A stretch of DNA of 64,000 nt from a virus, in the IMG/VR virus record IMGVR_UViG_3300050343_000110; one strand, given 5' to 3'. Numbering within the stretch: the stretch's first letter is position 1; every line of letters begins with the position of its first letter. This document shows positions 34,705-45,435 of this stretch, in pieces. The notes beneath the pieces are model-generated. The model saw nothing but the letters and a program-made list of their open reading frames with translations, was not told the origin of the DNA and did no database searches. A program made the translations under genes and the position numbers.

Positions 34705-36297
34705 ATGGCACTAACATTACAAATTAAAAGGTCTACTGGTAGTACCGCTCCATCGGCTCTTGCTGATGGTGAACTCGCCTATACCCACGGTAACGATGTA
34801 TTATATATTGGTGATGGGTCTACAGTAGAAGTTATCGGAGGTAAATCCTTTAACGATAAAATTGATCACACTGCTGGTACACTAACTGCTAGTTCTGCTG
34901 TCCTTGTTGATAGTAACAAGGCAGTTGATGAGATGTTTGTTGGTAATCATGCAACAACAGGTGGACAGATTAAACTCAATGAAGGTACTAACAACGGCAC
35001 ACACTTTGTTGGACTGAAAGCACCTAACGCACTTGGGGGTAACGTAACATTTACACTACCGACTGCTGATGGAAGTGCAAACGAATTTCTTAAAACAAAC
35101 GGTTCTGGTGCATTGTCATTTGGTGCAATATCAAGTTCATTTACACTTGCAGCCGATAGTGGTTCTAACGATACATTTAATACCAGTGAGACACTTACAT
35201 TTACTGGTGGAACAGGTATTGACACAACAGTATCAAACAATGAAATTTCATATGCAATTGATTCAACTGTCGCAACCCTAGCAGGTTCACAGACATTAAC
35301 AAACAAGACACTAACTGCTCCAGTAGTTGAAGGTGGTACGATTGGTAATTCAACAGCAGTAACAATCGCAAAAATTGATAATATTACTATTGATGCAAAC
35401 ACAATTTCAACAACTAACTCAAATGGTAACTTGGTTATCTCACCAAACGGAACAGGTTCAATCACAGTTCCTTCAGGTTATGAGGGAAGAGCTGGATTTG
35501 GTGATGACTCACTTGTAAACAAATCATATGTTGACGCAGTTGCAAACGGACTTGATGTTAAAGCATCTGTAAAAGTTGCAACCACAGCAAACCTTTCTGG
35601 TACATATAATAATGGTAACGGAACAATTACTGCTGGTTCAAACGGTGCAATCTCAGTTGACGGTGTAACTCTCTCAGTAAATGATAGAGTTCTTGTTAAA
35701 GACCAGACAACACAAACACAAAACGGTTTCTATAAAGTTACTACAACTGGTTCTGGTTCTGCTGCATTTGTTCTTACAAGAACACCAGATGCAGATGCAG
35801 CCTCTGAACTAACAGGTGGTGCATTTACATTTGTTGAAGAGGGTACTGCAAACGCAGACAACGGTTTTGTTCTGACTACAAACGGAACACCAACACTTGG
35901 AACAACTAACATTACCTTTGAACAATTCTCTGGAGCCGGACAAATTTCTGCTGGCGCTGGTTTGACTAAAACTGGTAACACAATTGATGTTGTAGGAACA
36001 GCAGACAAGATTACTGTATCTGCAAACGCTCTTACAATCGCATCAACTTATGTTGGCCAGTCATCTATTACTACTTTAGGCACTATCTCAACTGGTGTTT
36101 GGAATGGCACTGCAATTGCAGCGACTTCTGGTGGTACTGGACTTTCCAGTATAGCAAAAGGTTCTGTACTTGTGGCGAACTCTGCCAATACTTTGTCTGC
36201 ACTTGATGGTGGCGGTTCTAATGATGGAGTGTTGTTTTATACATCATCTTCTGATACACTTTCTTTTGCAACGAGTATTGACGGCGGCACATTCTAA
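34705..36297 (+). CDS. tail fibre-like protein
   Basis: LQIKRSTGSTAPSALADGELAY N-terminus; DRVLVKDQT...NG domain; ends IDGGTF. Confidence 0.8.
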   Translation: MALTLQIKRSTGSTAPSALADGELAYTHGNDVLYIGDGSTVEVIGGKSFNDKIDHTAGTLTASSAVLVDSNKAVDEMFVGNHATTGGQIKLNEGTNNGTHFVGLKAPNALGGNVTFTLPTADGSANEFLKTNGSGALSFGAISSSFTLAADSGSNDTFNTSETLTFTGGTGIDTTVSNNEISYAIDSTVATLAGSQTLTNKTLTAPVVEGGTIGNSTAVTIAKIDNITIDANTISTTNSNGNLVISPNGTGSITVPSGYEGRAGFGDDSLVNKSYVDAVANGLDVKASVKVATTANLSGTYNNGNGTITAGSNGAISVDGVTLSVNDRVLVKDQTTQTQNGFYKVTTTGSGSAAFVLTRTPDADAASELTGGAFTFVEEGTANADNGFVLTTNGTPTLGTTNITFEQFSGAGQISAGAGLTKTGNTIDVVGTADKITVSANALTIASTYVGQSSITTLGTISTGVWNGTAIAATSGGTGLSSIAKGSVLVANSANTLSALDGGGSNDGVLFYTSSSDTLSFATSIDGGTF

Positions 36298-36321
36298 TAA
36301 GTAGTCATGTAGGAGTGCCTC

Positions 36322-37965
36322 ATGGCTGTGGATTTAAAACTTAAAAGGTCGCATACCCACTCTACAATACCATCTACTTCGGATTTGGTAGAGGGTGAGT
36401 TTGCAGTCAATACATATGACGGTAAAATGTATATGCGTGATGGCAGTAACAATGTTGTTACTGTTGGAAACCATTATGCAACTGATTATGAATCTTCCAC
36501 AAAAACTTTCTATATAACTGTTGCATCCTCAACTTCTGCTCACGTTCATAACGGTAGTGGTTCTAGTAGTAAGTATAAAGTTAATGGTGTCTTTTCACCC
36601 TATCTAAAACTTATCCCTGGCATCACATACAAGTTTGATCAAGCAGATAGTAGTAATGCTAACCACCCATTTAGATTCTATTTGGATGAAGGCAAAGGCA
36701 CTGCATATACAACAGGCGTAACAACTAATGGAACTGCTGGTTCTGCTGGTGCATACACACAGATTGTTGTAACACACTCAACCCCTGCTGTTCTTCATTA
36801 TCAATGTTCTGCACACTCTCTTATGGGATGGGCAGCGTTTGTGCATACGGATAACCTAACTGCATTTGATACTGGTGACTTGACAGAAGGTTCTAATCTT
36901 TACTTCACTAACGCACGAGCAGACGCACGAGTAAATGCAGTATTACCAAACACTGATAGTCTTACAGAAGGCTCTAGTAACCTTTATTACACTGATGCAA
37001 GAGCGCAAGCAGTTTCTATCAACAATGTCGTAGAAGATACTTCGCCTCAACTTGGAGGCGCTCTTGACTTAAACTCACAAAATATTACTGGTACTGGTAA
37101 CATTTCTACCACTGGTGATTTAACACTTACATCCACTGATACTGGTTCAAGTGCAGAACCCTATAATTAGTTTGGTTCGTGATAGTTCAAGTCCTGCTGA
37201 TGCAGACTATCTTGGTCAAATTAAATTTTTAGGTGACGATGACGGTGGTAGTCAACACGTTTATGCAAAGATAACTGGTAAAATTGCTGATGCATCTGCT
37301 GGCACAGAAGATGGTATTATTGAAATTGCAAATGTTAAGGCTGGTACAAATACTATTACTGCAAGATTTACGTCATCTCTTCTAAAGTTGTTGAACGGTA
37401 CAGGGTTGACGGTTGATGGTAATACGACACTATCTGGTACACTAAACGGACATACAATTCCTGGCGGTTCTGGTACACTTGCATTGACAAGTGATATTGG
37501 GGTTCTACAGACTTATCTGCCGATTCAACTCCTCAACTTGGAGGCGACTTGGATGTAGTCACACACGGAATTGTTTCCACCTCAAATAGAAACATTGCAA
37601 TTACACCAAACGGTTCTGGTAAAGTTATCATTGATGGACTATCACATCCTGTCGCAGACGGTAACGCAGGCCAAGTTTTAAAGACAGATGGTTCTGGTAA
37701 TCTTGCATTTGCTTCAGTTGGTTCACTTGCTGGTTCTGGTATTCAAAATGTATCAGATGATAGTTCTCCTCAACTTGGAGGCAACTTAGATGTTGTGACA
37801 CATAGTATTATATCAACATCCAATAGAGATATCAACCTTACACCGAATGGTTCTGGTAAAGTTGTTGTGAGTTCAACTGGTATTGAGTTTAGTGATGGTT
37901 CAGTTCAGACTGCCGCTGGTGCCGATCAAGGATTTGCAATCGCCATGGGCATTGCACTTGGGTAG
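36322..37965 (+). CDS. tail fibre-like protein with cupredoxin-like segment, ends FAIAMGIALG (frameshifted)
   Basis: LKLKRS..GEFAVN; HPFRF..YQCSAHSLMG; LTEGS(S)NLY x2; PQLGGxLD x3. Confidence 0.7.
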
Positions 37966-37992
37966 TATAAATACTATAAAAGGATAAATTAA

Positions 37993-38809
37993 ATGGCAAT
38001 ACCTACAACAAGAACAGATTTTAAAGAGTGGTGTCTCAGGAGTCTAGGTAAGCCTGTAATCGAAATTAATGTCGATCCCAGATCAGGTAGAAGATAGAAT
38101 AGACGAAGCTTTACAATACTTTGCACAATATCACTATGATGGTGTAGAAAGAGTATACCTAAAATACCAAATTACACAGGCAGACATCACTCGTTCTAGA
38201 AGTGATAATAGTCTTGCACAGGTTACGGATGTTGATTCGTCAACAACAGCAGTCTGGAAAGAACAGAAGAACTATATTCCTGTTCCAAGTTCTGTTATGT
38301 CTATTGTCAAGGTATTCCCTATGACAGACAAAGCATCACTGAATATGTTTGATGTTAGATATCAGTTGAGACTAAATGACTTATATGATTTTAGTTCAAC
38401 TTCTTTGATACATTACGAAATGACAATGCAACACTTAGATTTCTTGGATCATATTCTTATCGGTGAGACTGCAATACGTCACAACCAACATCAAAACAGA
38501 TTGTATCTGGATGCTGATTTTCAAACAGACTTTGTTGATGGAGATTACATCATCATTGAATGTTATCGTGCAATTGATCCTGCTACATATTCTGATGTTT
38601 ACAACGATATCTTTTTGAAGAAGTACACGACACAACTTATCAAGAAACAATGGGGTGCAAACCTTTCCAAGTTCCAAGGTATTCAGATGTTGGGTGGAGT
38701 TGCTCTTAATGGTGAACAGATTTACACGCAGGCTCAAGAAGAGATTGATAAATTGGAAGAACAGATTCAACTTGCATACGAACTGCCTCCAATGCATATG
38801 ATAGGGTAA
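37993..38809 (+). CDS. gp13: neck protein gp13 (frameshift ~38078)
   Basis: LG.PVIEINVD..QVEDRIDEALQYF..YHYDG; KKQWGANLSKF. Confidence 0.9.
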
Positions 38810-38812
38810 GTT

Positions 38813-39571
38813 ATGCCAACAAACGTATATTTTGATACAGGTACGAAACCAGAACAAGCGCTCTATGAAGATTTGATGATAGAGCAATTGCGTATCTACG
38901 GGCAGGATGTTTATTACATTCCTCGTAAGATGGCTGGTACTGATACTATTTGGCAAGAAGATATTAGTTCTTCTTTTGAATCTTCATATCTTATTGAAAT
39001 GTACATGGAGAACTTAGATGGGTATGAGGGTGAAAAAGAACTCATGTCTAAGTTTGGTTTAGATATACAAGACGATGCAACATTCATTGTTGCAAGAAGA
39101 AGGTGGGAACAATTTGTTTCGATAGATAATAATGTAATTGTTTCATCACGACCGAATGAGGGAGACTTGGTTTATTTTCCAAAAGGAAACAAACTATTTG
39201 AAATCACATTTGTAGACCATGATGATCCATTCTATCAGGTACAGAATCTACCTACATATAAGCTCAAATGCAAAACTTTTGAATATGCATCTGAGGTTAT
39301 CGACACAGGTATTGCAGAAATTGATGCCATTGATGCTGACAATTCTTTGGATATGATGCAACACCAAATTACTTTGGAAACCGCTACTGGTACTGGTTCA
39401 CTAATTTTAGAGAATATAGTAGAGAGTGCTGCGGCGTCCTATATAATACTAGAAACTTATAATATCGCACTGATTGATGAGAATTCACAAAATGATGACT
39501 TTGAACTTGCAGATGACAATATATTAGACTTCACTGAATCTAATCCATTCGGTGATGCTGGGATGAAATAA
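38813..39571 (+). CDS. gp14: neck protein gp14
   Basis: YGQDVYYIPR; RPNEGDLVYFP; DFTESNPFG. Confidence 0.92.
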   Translation: MPTNVYFDTGTKPEQALYEDLMIEQLRIYGQDVYYIPRKMAGTDTIWQEDISSSFESSYLIEMYMENLDGYEGEKELMSKFGLDIQDDATFIVARRRWEQFVSIDNNVIVSSRPNEGDLVYFPKGNKLFEITFVDHDDPFYQVQNLPTYKLKCKTFEYASEVIDTGIAEIDAIDADNSLDMMQHQITLETATGTGSLILENIVESAAASYIILETYNIALIDENSQNDDFELADDNILDFTESNPFGDAGMK

Positions 39572-39573
39572 CT

Positions 39574-40395
39574 ATGATTGGACAATATTTTTATAATCAA
39601 TCCACACGAAATGTTGTGGTAGCATTTGGTACTCTTTTCAACAATATTCAGTTGACAAAGAAAGATGCGAGCGGCGCTACTATTCAGGCAATGAAAGTTC
39701 CTCTTGCGTATGGGCCTAAACAAAAGTGGTTGGCAAGACTGACTGAAGACCCCAACCTTGCAAAAAAGGTTGCAGTAACTTTACCTCGTATTGGTTTTGA
39801 GATTTCTGGTATAACATATGATGCGACTAGAAAACAAAACAAAGTAATTAAGGTGAAGAAGGTTGCAGACGGAGCTGACAACGAACAAGTGAAATCAGGA
39901 TTTATGCCTGTTCCATATAACGTGGAGTTTGAACTGTTTATCATGTCAAAGAGTTCAGATGATGCACTACAAATTGTAGAACAGATTCTTCCATACTTTC
40001 AACCAGAGTACACAGTAACTTTAAGAGAGAGCCCAGACTTGGATATCATTCGTGATGTTCCAATCGTACTCAATAGTATCTCATATGAAGATGACTATGA
40101 GGGTGACTTTACAAGTAGAAGGAGTGTTATCTACACTTTGTCTTTTACTGCAAAGTACTACTTGTACGGCCCAGTAACATCGCAAAATGTTATTCGTACT
40201 GTACAGGTTGACCAGTATGCGAATATGCCTGTCAATGCACCTTCAAGAGAACAAAGATATACTGTTACACCGAATCCATCTAATTCTACAGCAACAGAGT
40301 TTGACCCTGATGATGATAACTTTGGATTTAATGAAACATCATCTTTCTTTGAAGATGCGAAAACTTATGACCCTAAGACGGACACAGACGTATAA
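39574..40395 (+). CDS. gp15: tail sheath stabiliser/completion protein gp15
   Basis: FGTLFNNI; VPLAYGPKQK; QIVEQILPYFQP. Confidence 0.92.
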   Translation: MIGQYFYNQSTRNVVVAFGTLFNNIQLTKKDASGATIQAMKVPLAYGPKQKWLARLTEDPNLAKKVAVTLPRIGFEISGITYDATRKQNKVIKVKKVADGADNEQVKSGFMPVPYNVEFELFIMSKSSDDALQIVEQILPYFQPEYTVTLRESPDLDIIRDVPIVLNSISYEDDYEGDFTSRRSVIYTLSFTAKYYLYGPVTSQNVIRTVQVDQYANMPVNAPSREQRYTVTPNPSNSTATEFDPDDDNFGFNETSSFFEDAKTYDPKTDTDV

Positions 40396-40422
40396 ATAGT
40401 AAAAAGAAATTAGGATAAACAA

Positions 40423-40939
40423 ATGGCAAGCATTCTAAAAGTAAATGAAATTCAACACACTGGTGGCACTACAGCGGCAACTATTGATAGTAGTGGGCGT
40501 ATTTTGACACCAGCTAGACCTTTATTTATGGCGCCTGGAAATGCCAGTGGTTATCAAAACACCAGTGCTAGTAACACTATAATTTCCGATTGGAACACAA
40601 GTGACTCAACTATTTCTATTATGCAAGGCGGTATGTCTTTCGGTTCTTCAGGTGTGACTGTACCAATAGCGGGGATTTATGAAGTTTTTAGTTCGGTTAT
40701 ATTTAAAGTAGAAAATGCAGAGTATGGACTACTTATGATTTATAAAGGCAATGACGCGTATAACACTTAGCCAAAGCTATAACATAACAACAGGCGTAAC
40801 CACTGAAAACAGTGTTGTAACTAAAGCTTTTGTAAATTGTGCAGCAGGAGATGTTTTAAGTATTAGAGAGCAGGGGCAAAACGCACAGTGGTATAATGCT
40901 GGTACATACTCAACATTTAGCGTTCAACTAATAGGATAG
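40423..40939 (+). CDS. small adhesin with C1q-like head (frameshifted)
   Basis: MASILKVNEI; TVPIAGIY; ends FSVQLIG. Confidence 0.65.
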
Positions 40940-40943
40940 AAAA

Positions 40944-41291
40944 ATGGCAATTAGAAAAATCGGAACAAGAGCAATCGGAGTTGACGTTATTCTCGCAGAG
41001 GATATTGCTGCAAACGCAATCACAACTTCTGAAATCCAAGACGGTGCAGTAACCGCTGCAAAAATCAACAGTGGGGTTACTTTGGGTGTTGGTGCATTCT
41101 TCGGAGACAACGCATCGGGCGCTTTGCGTGGTGACACGACAAACGGTAAAAAAGATATTTTCAGAGTTCACGAACAAGAATTAAACACAAACGTAACAAT
41201 ACCATCAACGGACAATGCTCTTGCAGCAGGCCCGTTGTCAATCGCAAACAATATCACTCTCACTGTTAGTGGTAACTTGACAATCGTATAG
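40944..41291 (+). CDS. small structural/adaptor protein
   Basis: DGAVTAAKI; C-domain NVTI..NALAAGPLSI..ITLTV..LTIV, paralogous to 43131. Confidence 0.7.
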   Translation: MAIRKIGTRAIGVDVILAEDIAANAITTSEIQDGAVTAAKINSGVTLGVGAFFGDNASGALRGDTTNGKKDIFRVHEQELNTNVTIPSTDNALAAGPLSIANNITLTVSGNLTIV

Positions 41292-41301
41292 GGGATAGAG
41301 A

Positions 41302-41808
41302 ATGGCATCAACATTAACAGTAGATAACATCGTAGGAGCAACCACGGCTGCAAATGTTAAGTTGCCCGCTGGTTATGTGATTCAAACGCAGTATGCTCAA
41401 TCTATGGCGCAAGTTACTTCAACTATTACTACTCTTAATAATCCAACTGAAAGTGGTTTGAATGTAATTATTACACCAAAATATAATACTAGTAAAATAC
41501 TTCTTATGATGTCAATATCACTTAGAGGTGATGGTAGTAATGCTTATGTGAATGCATTAATCAAAAGAAATACCACATTGATTGATTTGCTGGGTGGTTC
41601 TCAGACTAATGATGGGGTGATGGATTATGCGATTAATTTTACTGGTGGAAGGTTTCACGGTCAATTTTTAGATTCGCCAGCAACTACCAGTGCAACAACT
41701 TATAAGTTTTGTTTTACAAGATACGGTGGTTCTGGAACTGCATATTTTAACAATAGTGGTTCTAATTTATCATTCAGTTCAATGGTTGCTATGGAGATTG
41801 CACAATGA
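41302..41808 (+). CDS. small adhesin
   Basis: MASTLTVDNI; ITPKYNTSKILL; DSPATTSATTYK; MEIAQ (same head type as 28265). Confidence 0.75.
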   Translation: MASTLTVDNIVGATTAANVKLPAGYVIQTQYAQSMAQVTSTITTLNNPTESGLNVIITPKYNTSKILLMMSISLRGDGSNAYVNALIKRNTTLIDLLGGSQTNDGVMDYAINFTGGRFHGQFLDSPATTSATTYKFCFTRYGGSGTAYFNNSGSNLSFSSMVAMEIAQ

Positions 41809-42300
41809 GTACATTAAATGTAAACACAATTGCAAATTTAACTGGCACTACAGCGGCAACTATTGATAGTGCTGGTCGTATTCTTCAACCATTAAAACCA
41901 CATATATTTTGCCAAGGAAACAACAACAATTGGGTAACACATACAGCAAATGATGCAATGACTTGGCTAACTGTTCAGTATAGTAGTGGTATGGCCTTTA
42001 CCTCTAGCAGTGGAAATTTTAGTGTTCAAGTTGCTGGCGTTTATTTTGTTACAGGTAGCATTTATGCAACTGGAGCAGGTTCTAAAAGATTATCGTTGAT
42101 GGCTGGCACGAATAGTGGCACACTAATAGCAAACGGACACAATGACGCCCTACCAACTCTGATGATGGTACTATAACGGTATCTGCAATTGTGAATTTAG
42201 CTTCTTCTGATACTTTTAAGTTTGTGTTACCGTATGCACACCAAGTTTACCAAGGCAACGCACATTGCTATGCCTCTGCATATTTAATTAATTAGGATAA
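41805..42300 (+). CDS. small adhesin with C1q-like head (frameshifted)
   Basis: MSTLNVNTI; FSVQVAGVY; paralog of 40423. Confidence 0.65.
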
Positions 42301-42305
42301 AAAAG

Positions 42306-42698
42306 ATGGCAGACGTAACACAAGCACTACACGAATTAGGAATTACAGAATGGGTTCTCACAGGGAGACGTCCAACAAGTGAATCAGAGTTCGCATCAAT
42401 GTTTAGAATATCTATCGGAGCAACAGACGATGGTTCTTCAATCCTATCGGACAACTCGGTAGATTGGCCTGAAGGTTTGACATGGGATGCAGTAGAAACT
42501 AAACTTAAAGAACTTAATGATGCAGAACCTTTAAAGTTCCTCAGAGAAGAAAGAAACCGTAAACTTGCAGAAACGGATTGGTGGGCAAGTTCAGACTTGA
42601 CTATGACAGAGGAACAAACTGCTTACAGACAAGCGCTTCGTGATATTACAGAGGACTACAGTTCTTTGGATGATGTCGAATGGCCAGACAAACCATAG
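42306..42698 (+). CDS. tail fibre assembly chaperone-like
   Basis: LREERNRKLAETDW...YRQALRDIT...WPDKP. Confidence 0.8.
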   Translation: MADVTQALHELGITEWVLTGRRPTSESEFASMFRISIGATDDGSSILSDNSVDWPEGLTWDAVETKLKELNDAEPLKFLREERNRKLAETDWWASSDLTMTEEQTAYRQALRDITEDYSSLDDVEWPDKP

Positions 42699-42705
42699 GT
42701 ATGAA

Positions 42706-43128
42706 ATGTCAAACCAAACTGATATTCTAGATAATGTACTTGGTATTACAGATGTAGTAGAGAATACAACAAAAGACGTAACACCAACCAAACCAGTTCT
42801 TGTTCCGGCAACAACTGGTACTGAAGCAGATATAGATAATGATTATAAATATCAGAGAGAAAACTTTTACAATCTGATAGAAAGAGGACAGGATGCAATT
42901 GATGGCATACTCTAGAACCTTGCAAGAGAAGGTCAGAACATCCTCGTAGTTATGAAGTGGCTGGAAACTTAATAAAACAGGTTGCAGAGGTAACGGAAAA
43001 ACTTGGCGACTTACAGGACTAAGATGAAGAAACTCAAAGAAGTTCCTAACTCTGCCCCACAGAATGTAACAAATGCATTGTTTGTTGGTTCTACTGCTGA
43101 ACTGCAAAAAATGTTAAAAGGAAAATAG
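42706..43128 (+). CDS. gp16: terminase small subunit gp16 (frameshifted)
   Basis: DYKYQRENFYNLIERGQDAI; HPRSYEVAG; NALFVGSTAELQKML. Confidence 0.85.
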
Positions 43129-43130
43129 AT

Positions 43131-43547
43131 ATGCCACTAACAAGAATTAGTTCTACAGCGCTTGCCGCAAATAGTGTGGGAACATCAGAGATTACTGATG
43201 GTTCAGTTGCTAGTGCAGACCTTGGATCAAACCTTGCATTGTCTGGTACAGATTCAGTAACAGTTCCAAAAGGTACAACTGCACAAAGAGGTACAGGGGT
43301 AGACGGTAAATTTAGATTTAACACAACCACAAACTCTTTTGAGGGATACTCAAATAGTGCTTGGGGTTCTATCGGTGGTGGTGCAACTGGCGGTGGTACT
43401 GATGCAGTATTCTATGAGAACGATCAGGCAGTTACCACAAACTATACAATTACTGCAAGTCAAAATGCCATGGCGGCAGGGGTTATCACTGTAAATAGTG
43501 GTGTAACATTAACTGTACCTTCTGGTGCAAGATTGGTGGTAGTATAA
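43131..43547 (+). CDS. small structural/adaptor protein
   Basis: PKGTTAQR; FYENDQAVTTNYTI..NAMAAGVITV..VTLTV..LVVV. Confidence 0.75.
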   Translation: MPLTRISSTALAANSVGTSEITDGSVASADLGSNLALSGTDSVTVPKGTTAQRGTGVDGKFRFNTTTNSFEGYSNSAWGSIGGGATGGGTDAVFYENDQAVTTNYTITASQNAMAAGVITVNSGVTLTVPSGARLVVV

Positions 43548-44418
43548 TGGCAATTACTTTAGACGGAACAAATGGTGTAACCACGCCAGAACCTTACAGT
43601 AGATACTACTACAATAACGGTAGACATCCATCAAATAATCGTGTGGGGCATAGGAACTGCAAGCCCATCTAAAACTCTTCATGTATCTCTACCAAGTGGT
43701 AGTGGTGCAACAGCAACAACTGGCTCAGTTGCAATTATTGATGGTAATGACAATACAGAATTAAGTATATTAGGTGGTAGTTCATCTGTTCTTGGAATAA
43801 ACTTTGGTCATAGTGGTGACAATAATGATGGAATTATTAATTATAATACCACTAATGGCAGTGAAACTATGGGTTTCACAGTCAATGCAACTGAACGTAT
43901 GCAAATCCGTCAAGATGGTAAAATAAGTATTGGTGGAGCTCCATATGCTTCCAGTGCCTTTTCTGCTATAAATTTACCATCACAAGGTATTAATATAATC
44001 AACGCCGACACTAATGGTCATTTCAGAGCAATTTATCAATCCGGCGACCCAAAATACTTATTTCACAAATGGTTCTGTTCAAGCATATTTGTCTAGTAGC
44101 GGCGCTTGGACTAACGCATCAGATATTGCATATAAAAAAGATATTACTGATGCTACTTACGGAATTGATGCTGTCAAAGATATGAAGCCTCGTTTTTACT
44201 ATATGAAAGACGAATCAATTGAAGATACTACTCGTAACATTGGATTCATTGCACAAGAGTTAGAAACTGTAGTGCCAGAAGTTGTGAGTGGTGATGACGG
44301 TTCAAAGGGTGTAAATTATGGACATTTGACAGCGGTATTGACTAAAGCATTACAAGAGGCTATTGCTGAAATCGAAACATTGAAAACTAAAGTTGCAACA
44401 TTAGAATCTAAAGAGTAA
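43547..44418 (+). CDS. fibre protein with C-terminal intramolecular chaperone (peptidase S74-like; frameshifted)
   Basis: GIGTASPS; SDIAYKKDI...GFIAQE...VPEVV...VNYGHL...KALQE. Confidence 0.8.
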
Positions 44419-44445
44419 TAAATAAATTAAACAGGATAATAACAG

Positions 44446-45144
44446 ATGAGTAAAATTGCACTATCCCCAAATGCGAGTGGTTCTGGAACAGTAACTATTA
44501 CTGCTCCAAATACGAACACGAATAGGACTATTGCGCTTCCTGATGAATCAGGAACATTGTTATCTAGTGGAAGTGCCTTGCCCGCTATTGACGGCTCTGC
44601 ATTGACAGGAGTTGGTAAGGTATCAGTTATAAGCAGTTCCGATACTGGTGCTAGTAATGTTGCCAATCTTGAAATTGATTTACCTACAGATTCAAAATAT
44701 AGATATTTTCAATTAGTGATTACTGGTGCTTGGGGTGGTGGTGGTGACCCTTATATGAGATTCAGAAAGTCTGGTGACAGTACTTTTGATTCATCATCCA
44801 ACGCATACAATTGGATTATGAACTCTGTACACCACGGTACAAATTCATCGGCAAAGAGGTCATCTAATGGTGACAATTATGCAAGATTGGGATGGTATAC
44901 GATGGGTAATGCCGCTACCGAAACAAGCACTTGGATGTTTGAATTTTTTGCAACTAATACCAATAAAAGGTCATATGCTTATTTCAGAAGATATGGTGTA
45001 GATACAAGCAATGACCAGACAGCAGATATGGGTGGGTTTAGACACAATGGCCATGAGGGTGTAGTGGACAGACTTAGATTTTACCAAGCCAGTGGAAATA
45101 TATATTATGATACCTATACACTATATGGTATTGAAAAGGATTAA
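44446..45144 (+). CDS. fibre/adhesin protein
   Basis: MSKIAL...RTIALPDESGT; LPAIDGSALTG; ends TLYGI. Confidence 0.75.
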   Translation: MSKIALSPNASGSGTVTITAPNTNTNRTIALPDESGTLLSSGSALPAIDGSALTGVGKVSVISSSDTGASNVANLEIDLPTDSKYRYFQLVITGAWGGGGDPYMRFRKSGDSTFDSSSNAYNWIMNSVHHGTNSSAKRSSNGDNYARLGWYTMGNAATETSTWMFEFFATNTNKRSYAYFRRYGVDTSNDQTADMGGFRHNGHEGVVDRLRFYQASGNIYYDTYTLYGIEKD

Positions 45145-45147
45145 GGT

Positions 45148-45435
45148 ATGAAAAAATCATTAAACGGTATAACAGTTGAAATGACTGCTGAGGAAGAAAA
45201 AGAATTCTTGGCAGGATTACCTTCTGATTCAGAAATTGCTGCTAATAAACTAGTGGTGTTAAGAGACGAAAGAAACGCTAAACTCGCAGAATGTGATTGG
45301 ACACAAACAGCAGATAGTTCTTTGAGTGACTCAGAAAAGACAGCGTGGGTAACATATAGAACTGCCCTTAAAGACATAACTAAAACGTATCAATCTACAG
45401 AAGATGATGGATTTAGTTGGCCGGAGAAACCATAA
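45148..45435 (+). CDS. tail fibre assembly chaperone-like
   Basis: LRDERNAKLAECDWTQ...WVTYRTALKDIT...WPEKP. Confidence 0.8.
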   Translation: MKKSLNGITVEMTAEEEKEFLAGLPSDSEIAANKLVVLRDERNAKLAECDWTQTADSSLSDSEKTAWVTYRTALKDITKTYQSTEDDGFSWPEKP

